A DNA stretch of 62,127 bases from an uncultured Halobacteria archaeon (GTDB taxonomy: Archaea > Halobacteriota > Syntropharchaeia > Alkanophagales > Methanospirareceae): positions 1 to 62,127 of the forward strand of contig CAYUEX010000001.1 of NCBI GenBank assembly GCA_964443855.1, given 5' to 3'. This document shows positions 47,462-56,430 of the stretch, one piece after another. A program made the position numbers and the translations under genes. The first letter of the stretch is position 1; each line of letters begins with the position of its first letter. Under the pieces are notes generated by a model, which was not told the DNA's origin, did not search any database, and worked only from the letters and a program-made list of their open reading frames with translations.

Positions 47462-48478
47462 ATGAGCAGTTTGAAAGGAAAAATAGATCTGGAATCGCTA
47501 GCAGAAGAATTGAGGAATTTCGAAGGGGTAACACGCAAGAAAGCGATAAGCAGTCTCATAACACGGCTGGGTAATTCGGATAAGGTAGGAAGCCGAACGA
47601 TCTCAGGGTTTGGCGAGGATGCTGCCGTGCTCAGAGTTGACGGCGACAATCTCATCTTACTTGCTATGGATGGTATCTGGGGTAAGTTGTTGAGTGCAAA
47701 CCCCTGGTGGGCAGGCTATTGCGCGGTGCTGGTAAATGTAAATGACATAGCGGCGATGGGCGGGACTCCGTTAGCGATGGTGAATCTGACCGCAACGCAT
47801 AATATAGATGTATGCCTGGAACTGGGAAGAGGCATGGAAGCGGGCGTAAAAAAATTTGGCGTGCCTATGGTTGGGGGGCATATTCACCCTGACACGGTTT
47901 ATGATGCACTTGATGTGGGGATAGTCGGAACGGTAAAACGAGATAGTGCTATTTTATCAAGCGGTGCGAAACCCGGAGATAAGGTATTGGTTGCTATTGA
48001 CCTCGATGGTCGCGTATCGCCGTTTTACCATCTCGCCTGGGATACGACAACGGAAAAGTCTCCCGCAGAGCTAAAGAAGCAGTTGGAGACCATGGTGCAG
48101 ATTGGTGAGAATCAGTTAGCAACCGCAGGGAAGGATCTTAGCAATCCGGGCACTTTAGGCACACTTGGCATGTTACTTGAGTGTTCGGGAGTAGGGGCAC
48201 TTGTAGAGCCGGCTAAGATTCCCGTACCGGATATGGGCGGAATATCATTTACGCAATGGTTAAAGATGTATCCGGGAACCGGTTTTGTGCTTACGGTTGA
48301 GGATGACGAAAAAGGGGCGGAATGCATAAAGATCTTTGAAGACGCTGGTATTGCGGCGGCCATGGTTGGTGAGGTGGATGCAAGCAAGAAATTAGACATA
48401 ACCGATGGTCACGAGACGGTAACGGTATTTGACTTAAATAGAGAGATAATAACCGGAATAGTAAGTGTCGAGAAATAA
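47462..48478 (+). CDS. AIR-synthase-related (PurM/ThiL/HypE-fold) protein, methanogenesis-marker-2-like
   Basis: GFGEDAAVLRVDG…DGIWG…NDIAAMGG.P is a PurM-type N-domain. Size is about 338 aa. Confidence 0.6.
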   Translation: MSSLKGKIDLESLAEELRNFEGVTRKKAISSLITRLGNSDKVGSRTISGFGEDAAVLRVDGDNLILLAMDGIWGKLLSANPWWAGYCAVLVNVNDIAAMGGTPLAMVNLTATHNIDVCLELGRGMEAGVKKFGVPMVGGHIHPDTVYDALDVGIVGTVKRDSAILSSGAKPGDKVLVAIDLDGRVSPFYHLAWDTTTEKSPAELKKQLETMVQIGENQLATAGKDLSNPGTLGTLGMLLECSGVGALVEPAKIPVPDMGGISFTQWLKMYPGTGFVLTVEDDEKGAECIKIFEDAGIAAAMVGEVDASKKLDITDGHETVTVFDLNREIITGIVSVEK

Positions 48479-49556
48479 CCCCCACTGGCAACCCATGAAA
48501 GCGGATTTTGACGAACTCTACGAGAACATAAGAGCGGGCAATATTGAGCGAGAGGATGCACTCGTTTTAGCAGATAACCCTGCCTCACTGTTCTGCATTG
48601 CAGACGAGTTGCGAAAGGAGGAGAACGGAGATGTGGTCAGTTATCTCGTGAACAGGAATATTAATTTTACCAATATCTGTGTGGGTGCGTGTAAGTTCTG
48701 TGCGTTCAGAGAAGAGAAGGAAAAGGGCTACATGTTGAGCATGGCTACGGTTTTGAGTCGCGTGGAGGAAGCGGTGAATAACGAGGCAACGGAGATATGC
48801 ATCCAGGGCGGCTTACACCCCAATCTCGTTACGGATTCCTATTGTGAGATTATAGAGACGATAAAATCTCATTTTGATGTGCATATCCACGCCTTTTCGC
48901 CGATGGAAATCCACCATGCAGCAAGGAATTCTAATATGAGCGAAGAGGACGTGCTGAAAGCGTTAAAAAAATCTGGTTTGGGTTCCATGCCAGGAACGGC
49001 AGCAGAGATACTCGATGATTCAATAAGGGCGATAATTTGTCCCACCAAGATAAAAACGGCGAAATGGGTGGAGATAATTAAGACTGCGCATCGATTGGGG
49101 ATTCCATCAACGGCAACGCTCATGTACGGGCATATAGAATCCTTGGAGAATAGAATCGACCATTTATTCAGGATAAGGGAGATCCAGAAGGAGACCGGTG
49201 GCTTTACGGAATTTGTACCGTTGAAGTTCATGCGGAAGAACAACGAATTGGGGCGAATGGTAGGGCGGGACGTGACATTTGCAGAAGATGCCATTACGCA
49301 TGCACTCGCCAGGGTAATTTTACATCCCTACTGTACGAATCTTCAGGTGTCCTGGGTAAAGTTAGGCACACGTAATGCGCAGCGAATGTTGCAATTCGGT
49401 GTAAATGACATGGGTGGGACGTTGATGGAAGAGAATATCTCGCGATTATCAGGGGCGCCCTCTGGCGAATATATGAGCCCTGAAGAATTCGAACGACTCA
49501 TAAAGGATGCGCGAAGAACACCGAAGCGAAGAACCACCTTATATAAACTAAATTGA
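48465..49556 (+). CDS. cofH: FO (F420 chromophore) synthase subunit CofH-type radical SAM enzyme
   Basis: NINFTNICVGACKFCAF radical SAM motif and a CofH/MqnE-like C-terminal barrel. The likely true start is ATG 48495. cofC lies nearby. Confidence 0.7.
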   Translation: MSRNNPHWQPMKADFDELYENIRAGNIEREDALVLADNPASLFCIADELRKEENGDVVSYLVNRNINFTNICVGACKFCAFREEKEKGYMLSMATVLSRVEEAVNNEATEICIQGGLHPNLVTDSYCEIIETIKSHFDVHIHAFSPMEIHHAARNSNMSEEDVLKALKKSGLGSMPGTAAEILDDSIRAIICPTKIKTAKWVEIIKTAHRLGIPSTATLMYGHIESLENRIDHLFRIREIQKETGGFTEFVPLKFMRKNNELGRMVGRDVTFAEDAITHALARVILHPYCTNLQVSWVKLGTRNAQRMLQFGVNDMGGTLMEENISRLSGAPSGEYMSPEEFERLIKDARRTPKRRTTLYKLN

Positions 49557-49572
49557 TCCGTGCCATGCGGTT

Positions 49573-50598
49573 ATGGATGGAGGCCACGAATGGATGATGA
49601 TTAAACCCGATAAGCCGTTAGAAAGATGCAAATTGGAAAAGGCTCCCGCTCTAACGGATCCGCGATACGGTTGTGCACCGGAAGCTCGCACAATCCGAGA
49701 ACATATTGAAAGAGGCGTGATGAATATCGATAAGCCTGCAGGTCCAACCTCGCATGAAGTAGTTGCGTGGGTGAAAGATATCCTCGAGATCACCAAGACG
49801 GCGCATACGGGAACGCTCGACCCAAAGGTAACGGGCGTGCTGCCTGTTCTGCTTGGCGCGGCAACGAAGGTGGCCGATACGTTTGTCGGCGATAAAGAAT
49901 ACGTGTGCGTGATGCGATTGCACCGGGAGGTTAACGAGGACAAACTGAGGATGGTGTGCGGCGAATTCGTGGGCGAGATATATCAAAGACCGCCGCTGAA
50001 GTCCGCAGTTAAGCGGCAGATAAGGACGAGAACCGTGCATTACATCGACGTAAAGGAAATAGAGGGCAAGGACGTACTGATGCAAGTAGGGTGCGAGGCG
50101 GGCACGTATATACGAATGCTCTGCCATCATATAGGACTCGCAATAGGAATTGGCGCGCATATGGCACAGTTAAGAAGGACGAAAGCGTTTCCCTTCGGTG
50201 AGGATACACTTTCGACGTTGCATGACGTGAAAGATGCGTATGTTTTTTATGAGGAGGGGGATGAGCGTCTTCTGCGAAACCTTGTCATGCCTATGGAATA
50301 CACACTCGGGCACCTCCACAGTGTAATAGTGAAGGATAGCGCGGTGGATGCGATCTGTCATGGCGCTGACCTCATGGCACCGGGGATTTCGCGGATAGAA
50401 GAAGGAATAAATAGAGGAGATTCTGTGGTAGTATATACCGTGAAGGGAGAAGCAGTGAGCCGAGGCGAAGCAACGCTGAACTCGGAAGAGATGTATCGGG
50501 CAGAAAAAGGTATATGTGTAAAGACACAGAAAGTACTTATGAAGCCCGGAACATATCCGAAGGGCTGGAAGAGCAAAGCCGAGGTGGCTGAGCGGTAA
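49573..50598 (+). CDS. cbf5: tRNA/rRNA pseudouridine synthase Cbf5 (TruB family) with PUA domain
   Basis: NIDKPAGPTSHEVV…HTGTLDPKVTG.LPV… catalytic Asp motif, and a PUA C-terminus. Confidence 0.88.
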   Translation: MDGGHEWMMIKPDKPLERCKLEKAPALTDPRYGCAPEARTIREHIERGVMNIDKPAGPTSHEVVAWVKDILEITKTAHTGTLDPKVTGVLPVLLGAATKVADTFVGDKEYVCVMRLHREVNEDKLRMVCGEFVGEIYQRPPLKSAVKRQIRTRTVHYIDVKEIEGKDVLMQVGCEAGTYIRMLCHHIGLAIGIGAHMAQLRRTKAFPFGEDTLSTLHDVKDAYVFYEEGDERLLRNLVMPMEYTLGHLHSVIVKDSAVDAICHGADLMAPGISRIEEGINRGDSVVVYTVKGEAVSRGEATLNSEEMYRAEKGICVKTQKVLMKPGTYPKGWKSKAEVAER

Positions 50599-50676
50599 GG
50601 CGCAGGCCTGGAGCTCGTGAGACTAGATAGCCTGTGTTCCGAAAGGAACTCAAGGGTTCAAATCCCTTCCTCGGCG
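50578..50676 (+). tRNA. tRNA-Ser(GGA) with a 15-nt intron (50614-50628) at the canonical 37/38 position
   Basis: Hand-folded. Acceptor GCCGAGG/CCTCGGC. Anticodon stem CAGGC/GCCTG. Loop CT-GGA-G[intron]A. Long variable arm GTTCC-GAAA-GGAAC. T arm AAGGG-TTCAAAT-CCCTT. Discriminator G. Confidence 0.8.
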
Positions 50677-50710
50677 AAATATTTTCGTGAGTGAGAGAGA
50701 ATAGGAAAAG

Positions 50711-51244
50711 ATGACTGAAGAAGCAGAAGAGAGAGAAGAAGGGCAAGAAGAAAAAGAAGAGGAAAAAGAGGAATTCAAGCATATTGTCCGGATCTTGGAT
50801 ACTGACTTAGATGGTAAAAAGAGCGTAGTGCATTCACTATGCGGTATAAACGGAATAGGAATGAGAGTAGCGAAGGTACTTGTCACTTCCACGGGGATAG
50901 ACCCGGGGTTAAAGATGGGAAATCTCCCAGATAATGAAATAGAGCAGTTAAAGGCTGCTATTAATGGCGTCGATAAGCGATTGCCGCAGTGGATGCTGAA
51001 CAGGAGGAAGGACATACTGAGCGGCGTGGATAAGCATATCATGGGCGCTGACCAGATGTTGCAGTTACGAGAGGACATAAATCTGCTGCGTAAGATACGG
51101 TCCTACCGTGGCATAAGACATGAGCGGGGACTGAAAGTGCGTGGTCAACGGACAAAATCCAACGGACGAAAAGGCTTGGTGGTGGGCGTCATAAGGAAGA
51201 AGCAATTAGCGGCAACGGGCGGAGCAAGAGAAAGAGGTAAATAA
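50711..51244 (+). CDS. rps13: 30S ribosomal protein uS13 with acidic N-terminal extension
   Basis: EFKHIVRILDTDLDG.K…IRSYRGIRH..GL.VRGQRT. Confidence 0.9.
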   Translation: MTEEAEEREEGQEEKEEEKEEFKHIVRILDTDLDGKKSVVHSLCGINGIGMRVAKVLVTSTGIDPGLKMGNLPDNEIEQLKAAINGVDKRLPQWMLNRRKDILSGVDKHIMGADQMLQLREDINLLRKIRSYRGIRHERGLKVRGQRTKSNGRKGLVVGVIRKKQLAATGGARERGK

Positions 51245-51245
51245 A

Positions 51246-51794
51246 ATGGGACATCCAAAGAAAAGCAAGAAGCGATACGAGAAGCCACGAAGGCCGTGGG
51301 AGATAACGAGGATAAAGGAAGAGCGAGAGTTAGCAGAGATGTACGGGTTAAAGAACAAGCGAGAGATCTGGAAGGCCGCAAGTCATATTAAAAAATACCA
51401 AAGGCAAATACGAGCGATCTTAGCGGAGATAGCAGGAATGAAACCCACGGAGCATACATTACAGAAGAAAGAAGCAATAGTGGCAGCCTTACGCAGAAGA
51501 GGGATCTTGAAAGCGAGCGAAGGTGCGAGCGGTAAAGTAGAAGACGTCTTGGCACTGACCGTGGAGGACATTTTGGAGCGGAGGCTGCAAACGCGAGTGT
51601 TTAAAAAAGGGCTGTCTAATTCGGTGAAACACGCTCGACAACTCATTGTTCACGGTCATATTGCGGTTGATGGTAGGCGGATTACCATACCTTCATATGT
51701 TGTGGACGTGGAAGAGGACAAGAAGATTGGCTATTACGGAGAGGCGCCTGTTACAGTTGAGGCGAAAGTAGCTGCAGCGGAGGTAGCGGAATAA
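51246..51794 (+). CDS. rps4: 30S ribosomal protein uS4
   Basis: [19 protein letters not shown]…, and an S4 RNA-binding domain (RRLQT.VFK.GLS.S…[14 protein letters not shown]). Confidence 0.9.
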   Translation: MGHPKKSKKRYEKPRRPWEITRIKEERELAEMYGLKNKREIWKAASHIKKYQRQIRAILAEIAGMKPTEHTLQKKEAIVAALRRRGILKASEGASGKVEDVLALTVEDILERRLQTRVFKKGLSNSVKHARQLIVHGHIAVDGRRITIPSYVVDVEEDKKIGYYGEAPVTVEAKVAAAEVAE

Positions 51795-51795
51795 A

Positions 51796-52182
51796 ATGGG
51801 GGAACGATGGGCGATAGCGCATATATTTTCTTCGTTTAATAACACGATTATCACGATCACTGACATGACTGGCGCAGAGACGATAGCACGAGCTTCTGGC
51901 GGTATGGTCGCGAAAGCGGACCGTGATGAGAGCTCGCCGTATACCGCGATGCAAATGGCAACGCAACTTGCGGAGAAGCTGAGAGAGAGGGAAATAACCG
52001 GTCTTCGGGTGAAAGTAAAGGCTGCGGCGGGGCGTAAATCACGATCGACTGCTCCCGGTGCACAGGCGGCAATAAGAGCTTTTGCTCGTGCAGGGCTGCG
52101 AATAGGGAAGATAGAGGACGTAACACCGATACCGCATGATGGCACGAAGCGCCCTGGTGGCAAGCGAGGGAGAAGAGTTTAA
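51796..52182 (+). CDS. rps11: 30S ribosomal protein uS11
   Basis: [19 protein letters not shown]…ITGLRVKV…[26 protein letters not shown]. Confidence 0.9.
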   Translation: MGERWAIAHIFSSFNNTIITITDMTGAETIARASGGMVAKADRDESSPYTAMQMATQLAEKLREREITGLRVKVKAAAGRKSRSTAPGAQAAIRAFARAGLRIGKIEDVTPIPHDGTKRPGGKRGRRV

Positions 52183-52253
52183 TTTAAGCATCAAGCGTAA
52201 GAAACGTTTGATCAAAAAGCTTCGTAAAAGCTGTTCTTTTTAAAAAGTTTGAA

Positions 52254-52898
52254 ATGGACGTAAAAATATTAGAACGAGGGGAAAATGAAGTGCAATTCAT
52301 GCTCTCAGGTGTGAACGTGCGTTTCGCAAATGCACTAAGAAGAGCGATGATCTCTGAAGTGCCGAAGCTCGCTATCGAGGACGTGAACATCCACGAGAAC
52401 ACTTCGTTATTGTACGATGAGCAATTAGCGCTGCGTTTAGCGTTAATACCGCTGAAAACGGATCTCAGTGATTACGGTCCTGATGACAGAATTTCGCTGA
52501 CGTTACAGGCGATCAGCCCTGAGCGAGAGGGGTATACGATAGTCTATTCAAAAGAACTTATCTCCACAGACCCCAAAGTGGTGGCTGCATTTGAAAATAT
52601 ACCGATTGTGAAGCTGATTTCCGCGGAGCGGGAAGTTGGGGGTATAAAATCGGTTGCACGGCAGAAAGTTGTGCTCGAAGCGATAGCGGAACTGGGTAGT
52701 GGTAAAGAGCATGCGAAATGGCAGCCGGTGACTGTCTGTAGCTATAAGGACATGCCTGACGAAGAACATGAGGGCGCGTTACACTTCACTGTTGAGAGTG
52801 ACGGTGCTTTATCCGTGGATGCGATATTAGGGGAAGCAGCACGGATAATGCGCGAAAAGTGCGAGACGGTGCTTAACGGACTGAAAGAGTTCTCCTAA
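52254..52898 (+). CDS. rpoD: DNA-directed RNA polymerase subunit D (Rpo3)
   Basis: VQFMLSGVNVRFANALRRAMISEVP.LAIEDV.I.ENTS.L.DE.LA.RL.LIPL. Sits in the standard position after uS11. Confidence 0.85.
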   Translation: MDVKILERGENEVQFMLSGVNVRFANALRRAMISEVPKLAIEDVNIHENTSLLYDEQLALRLALIPLKTDLSDYGPDDRISLTLQAISPEREGYTIVYSKELISTDPKVVAAFENIPIVKLISAEREVGGIKSVARQKVVLEAIAELGSGKEHAKWQPVTVCSYKDMPDEEHEGALHFTVESDGALSVDAILGEAARIMREKCETVLNGLKEFS

Positions 52899-53114
52899 CC
52901 ACTTGAGTCGTGAGTCCAGCATTAGACAAAAATAGACAAAAGAGGATTTTGAAAAACCTCCAAAAACATCGGAAAACTACCCAAAAGTATATAAAGGATT
53001 GAACCGAAATGGAAGTAAATCAAAATCCTCAAAAACTAAAGAACCCCCAAGACTCTTTTTTAAATTTTTGACGTAGCGTACGGTTAATTTCCGAAAAGAT
53101 TTTTTTACTCCTAT

Positions 53115-53819
53115 GTGGACGGTATGGACGTGAAAGCGATTATCCCGTTTAAGAAGGATGGTGCAAAATCGAGATTGGGGCATTTTTTAAGCGAAAGCGA
53201 GCGAGAAGAGCTTGCGCTAACTATGCTGAAGGATGTTTTAGTTGCGTTATCAAAGTCAAAAATCGCTGTAGTGGAAATAATTTCGACAGGCTCCGGGAAC
53301 GAAATAGCAGAGGAAGTAAAAGTTGAAGAGATGCTAGTGAATGCCACTAAGGCGACGTTAACCGTAAGTTTTAGACAGGACGATCGAGAGCTGAATGAAG
53401 CGCTCAACTCGGTGCTAACAGAAGAAAAAGAGCCTGTATTGACACTCATGGCTGATGTCCCTCTCACAACGCCCGAAAGCATAAATGAGCTTATCGCACA
53501 TAAGGAGGACGTGGTGATCGTACCTGGGCGAAAAGGAGGCACAAACGCTTTGTTCCTGCGAAAGCCGTATGAGTTTCTGGTCTCTTACTACGGTACGAGC
53601 TATTTGGCGCATCGGGAAACCGCGAAGCAGAGGAATTTGAGCCATGCCGTTTACGATTCTTTTTTTATCAGCACGGATATAGACGAGGTGGAAGACTTGA
53701 TTGAGCTATTGATTCATGGGGATGGTTTCGCAGCGGACTATCTGCGGAGTCTTGGTGTTTTTCTTCAGGTGAATAAAAATTTGAAGACCCGGGCGGTGTT
53801 AGACAGAAACGAAAAATAG
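53115..53819 (+). CDS. cofC: 2-phospho-L-lactate guanylyltransferase (F420 biosynthesis)
   Basis: AIIPFKKDGAKSRLG..LSESEREELALTMLKDVL and …GGTNAL are typical of CofC. The likely start is ATG 53124. Confidence 0.7.
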   Translation: MDGMDVKAIIPFKKDGAKSRLGHFLSESEREELALTMLKDVLVALSKSKIAVVEIISTGSGNEIAEEVKVEEMLVNATKATLTVSFRQDDRELNEALNSVLTEEKEPVLTLMADVPLTTPESINELIAHKEDVVIVPGRKGGTNALFLRKPYEFLVSYYGTSYLAHRETAKQRNLSHAVYDSFFISTDIDEVEDLIELLIHGDGFAADYLRSLGVFLQVNKNLKTRAVLDRNEK

Positions 53820-53869
53820 AAAACTTTTAGTAGTTCGCCACCTTCTTCCCTCATCAAGGTGAAATAAAG

Positions 53870-54757
53870 ATGGAATTGGAAGGAGTAGAGATAGAAGATA
53901 CATTTGCTGAAGCGTTTCCAATAAAGGTCGCACGTGTGTTAATAACGGCAGTGAACGAGAAATGGGCGATGGAAGCAGCGAAAGAGACAACGGGATTCGG
54001 GACGTCGGTTATTGGATGCCCCGCTGAGGCAGGAATAGATAAGATATTAACCTCGGAGGAGACACCGGACGGAAGGCCAGGAGTGGCAATAATGATCTGC
54101 AACTTTAAAAAGGACGGCATAAAGGATCAACTGCTGGGACGATTGGGGCAGTGTGTATTCACCGCACCTACAACAGCCATGTTTAATGGTCTCGAAGCAG
54201 ACGAAAAACTCCCCATAAAACTCCACTTCTTTGGTGATGGGTTTGAATATGAGAAAGAAGTTGGTGGACGTAAAGTCTGGGGCATTCCGATGATGGAAGG
54301 GGACTTTATTTGTGAAGAGGAATACGGCGTTCAGGCCGGGGTTGCCGGCGGGAATTTCTTCATCCTCGCGAAGGACCAGATGTCTGCATTAACCGCGGCT
54401 GAAAATGCCGTTGCCGCCATCAGACAGGTAGAAGGCACGATAACCCCGTTTACCGGTGGTGTTGTTGCATCAGGCTCGAAAGTGGGTTCAAAATACAAGT
54501 TCATGCATGCCAGTACCAATGAGAAGTTCTGTCCTACACTGAGAGATAAAGTGGAGGGCTCTGAAATACCCGAAGGTGTGAATGGGGTGTATGAAATAGT
54601 GATCGACGGCGTTAGCGAGGAAGCGGTTAAGGAAGCAATGCGTGTAGGAATAAAGGCTGCAGTGAAGGTTCCGGGCGTGGTGAAAATAAGCGCAGGGAAC
54701 TTCGGCGGTACACTGGGAAAATACCACTTCAAGCTTAAGGATGTGTTAGGACTCTAA
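53870..54757 (+). CDS. ftr: Formylmethanofuran--tetrahydromethanopterin N-formyltransferase
   Basis: Size is about 295 aa. N-terminus [27 protein letters not shown]…, and further Ftr-like strings throughout. Confidence 0.88.
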   Translation: MELEGVEIEDTFAEAFPIKVARVLITAVNEKWAMEAAKETTGFGTSVIGCPAEAGIDKILTSEETPDGRPGVAIMICNFKKDGIKDQLLGRLGQCVFTAPTTAMFNGLEADEKLPIKLHFFGDGFEYEKEVGGRKVWGIPMMEGDFICEEEYGVQAGVAGGNFFILAKDQMSALTAAENAVAAIRQVEGTITPFTGGVVASGSKVGSKYKFMHASTNEKFCPTLRDKVEGSEIPEGVNGVYEIVIDGVSEEAVKEAMRVGIKAAVKVPGVVKISAGNFGGTLGKYHFKLKDVLGL

Positions 54758-54853
54758 GCAGTCCAAAGGCAATCTTAAAGCAAATAACTGCAGTACAGAA
54801 AGAGGACTGAAACACGTCCTCTTCCTTTATTTTTATAGCACTCTTGAATTTTG

Positions 54854-55630
54854 ATGAACGAACCATCGAGAACCGAAAATACCGCGGTTAACCTCAGGGA
54901 ATTAGAAGACCTAATAGGGTACCACTTTAAGAACAAAGCATTTTTGAAAGAAGCGATAACGGCGAGTTCGTATTCTAAAGAGCATCCAGATTCCACCGAT
55001 TATCAACGACTCGAACTTCTCGGCGACCGTGTTATTAGTCTGATATTGACAGAGAACCTCATGGCGGAGGGATCGCTCGATGAAGGAAAAATGACCTTTC
55101 TGAAGGCAGAACTGGAGAATAACCAGCAATTGGCTGAATATGGAGAGGAAATAGGACTCAGGAATTACATTAGAGCACTCGAAGAAAGAGAAGAGATAAG
55201 TTCGAAAGTGATTGCGGACGTTTTCGAGGCTATTTGCGGTGCGATCTATTTAGATAGCGGAGGTTCACAAGGGATAAAGGTGGTGGAGCAGTTCCTACGG
55301 AATTTTAGCATCTTCGAGCGGCTGAGAGAGAAACTCTCAACGGTGGAAGACTTCCTTCCGGTTAGAAACCGGTTTGAGAACAAGTTCAGGGATATTTACC
55401 ACGACAATCCCGATATAAAATTCGCGTATCAGTCACAAGGAGCGGCACACCAGAAACAATGGAGAATCGATGCATGCGCGATTAAAGATGTTCAAACCGG
55501 AGACTATGTCGAACTGCATGGCGTGAAAAGCGATGACTGGTTCACGAGCAAAAAGGAAGCCGAAACAGACGTCATTGAGCAGGCATATCGCTACATGGAA
55601 AAGAATGGATGGAGATTGAAACGTTCGTAG
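54854..55630 (+). CDS. rnc: Bacterial-type (class 1) ribonuclease III with C-terminal dsRBD
   Basis: Signature YQRLELLGDRVISL and ADVFEAICGAIYLDSG, with the catalytic Glu/Asp retained. C-terminal dsRBD-like …SKKEAETDVIEQAY. Confidence 0.75.
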   Translation: MNEPSRTENTAVNLRELEDLIGYHFKNKAFLKEAITASSYSKEHPDSTDYQRLELLGDRVISLILTENLMAEGSLDEGKMTFLKAELENNQQLAEYGEEIGLRNYIRALEEREEISSKVIADVFEAICGAIYLDSGGSQGIKVVEQFLRNFSIFERLREKLSTVEDFLPVRNRFENKFRDIYHDNPDIKFAYQSQGAAHQKQWRIDACAIKDVQTGDYVELHGVKSDDWFTSKKEAETDVIEQAYRYMEKNGWRLKRS

Positions 55631-55683
55631 AATGCGTAGGTATCGAAGTTATTCCTGCTATCTCACATTTATGCCTTAGCAAC

Positions 55684-56277
55684 TTACCACATTGAACCGA
55701 AACTCATGAGCACGCCTGAAAGCAGGGGTATCGTGAGATTATCGTCTATTGGCACGTTATAAACTCGTAACGGCACGCAATCTGCTATCGTAGCGCCAAA
55801 AGCTCCCAAAACAGCCACCGGTAACGAATGGAGCACCAGCCATCCTAATATCAACGAGGTAACGAACATAACCAGCATTACTTCAGGTGACTTCATTCTT
55901 CGTTCGTACAGTTCTGACTTATCTTCGTGTATCACTGCTCCTGTCAGACCGGAAGCGGCATCGCCGATCGCCAGCATCAGGATTGCTGCTATAGCGATAC
56001 GCTTCTCGAAGATGAGAATGCTGAGAAACGCACCGATCATGAAAAACACGTACGCACCAAGTTTCTTTTCCTCCTTATTCCTGAGAAACGGTAATGAAAC
56101 GATACCATGAAGTCGTAACCACTCGATGGCAAAAATAATAATAAAGGCAAGACCAAGGGCGAAAAGGATACTCTCCCGTGATAAGAAGAGATAAAGCACC
56201 GGAATTGCAACACCGCAGATATGTATCGTTTTCCGTTTCGCTTCTTCTTTAAAACTACTCGATTTGAAGGGTGGCAT
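55684..56277 (-). CDS. Polytopic membrane protein, dolichol/polyprenol kinase (CTP-transferase-1)-like
   Basis: Six hydrophobic helices and a KRKTIHICGVAIPVLY start. Family assignment is tentative. Confidence 0.45.
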   Translation of the reverse strand: MPPFKSSSFKEEAKRKTIHICGVAIPVLYLFLSRESILFALGLAFIIIFAIEWLRLHGIVSLPFLRNKEEKKLGAYVFFMIGAFLSILIFEKRIAIAAILMLAIGDAASGLTGAVIHEDKSELYERRMKSPEVMLVMFVTSLILGWLVLHSLPVAVLGAFGATIADCVPLRVYNVPIDDNLTIPLLSGVLMSFGSMW

Positions 56278-56430
56278 TTTAATAAACCCTCTCTAATTGC
56301 AGGAATAAAAATCCCTTAATCCTATTTTTCGGTCAAACTCTATTTTGTAGCTTATTCTCACTGCAAAAACAATCTGTAGCAAGAAAGGCTGACAATTCCT
56401 TCAGCAACATTTACCCTCGCAAGGAAATTT

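Noticed and set aside
50537-51078. Minus-strand ORFs 50537-50782 and 50650-51078.
   Set aside because: They overlap the tRNA-Ser and the uS13 gene. Their translations are homopolymeric (F/L/S-rich) mirror images of the Glu/Lys-rich uS13 leader.
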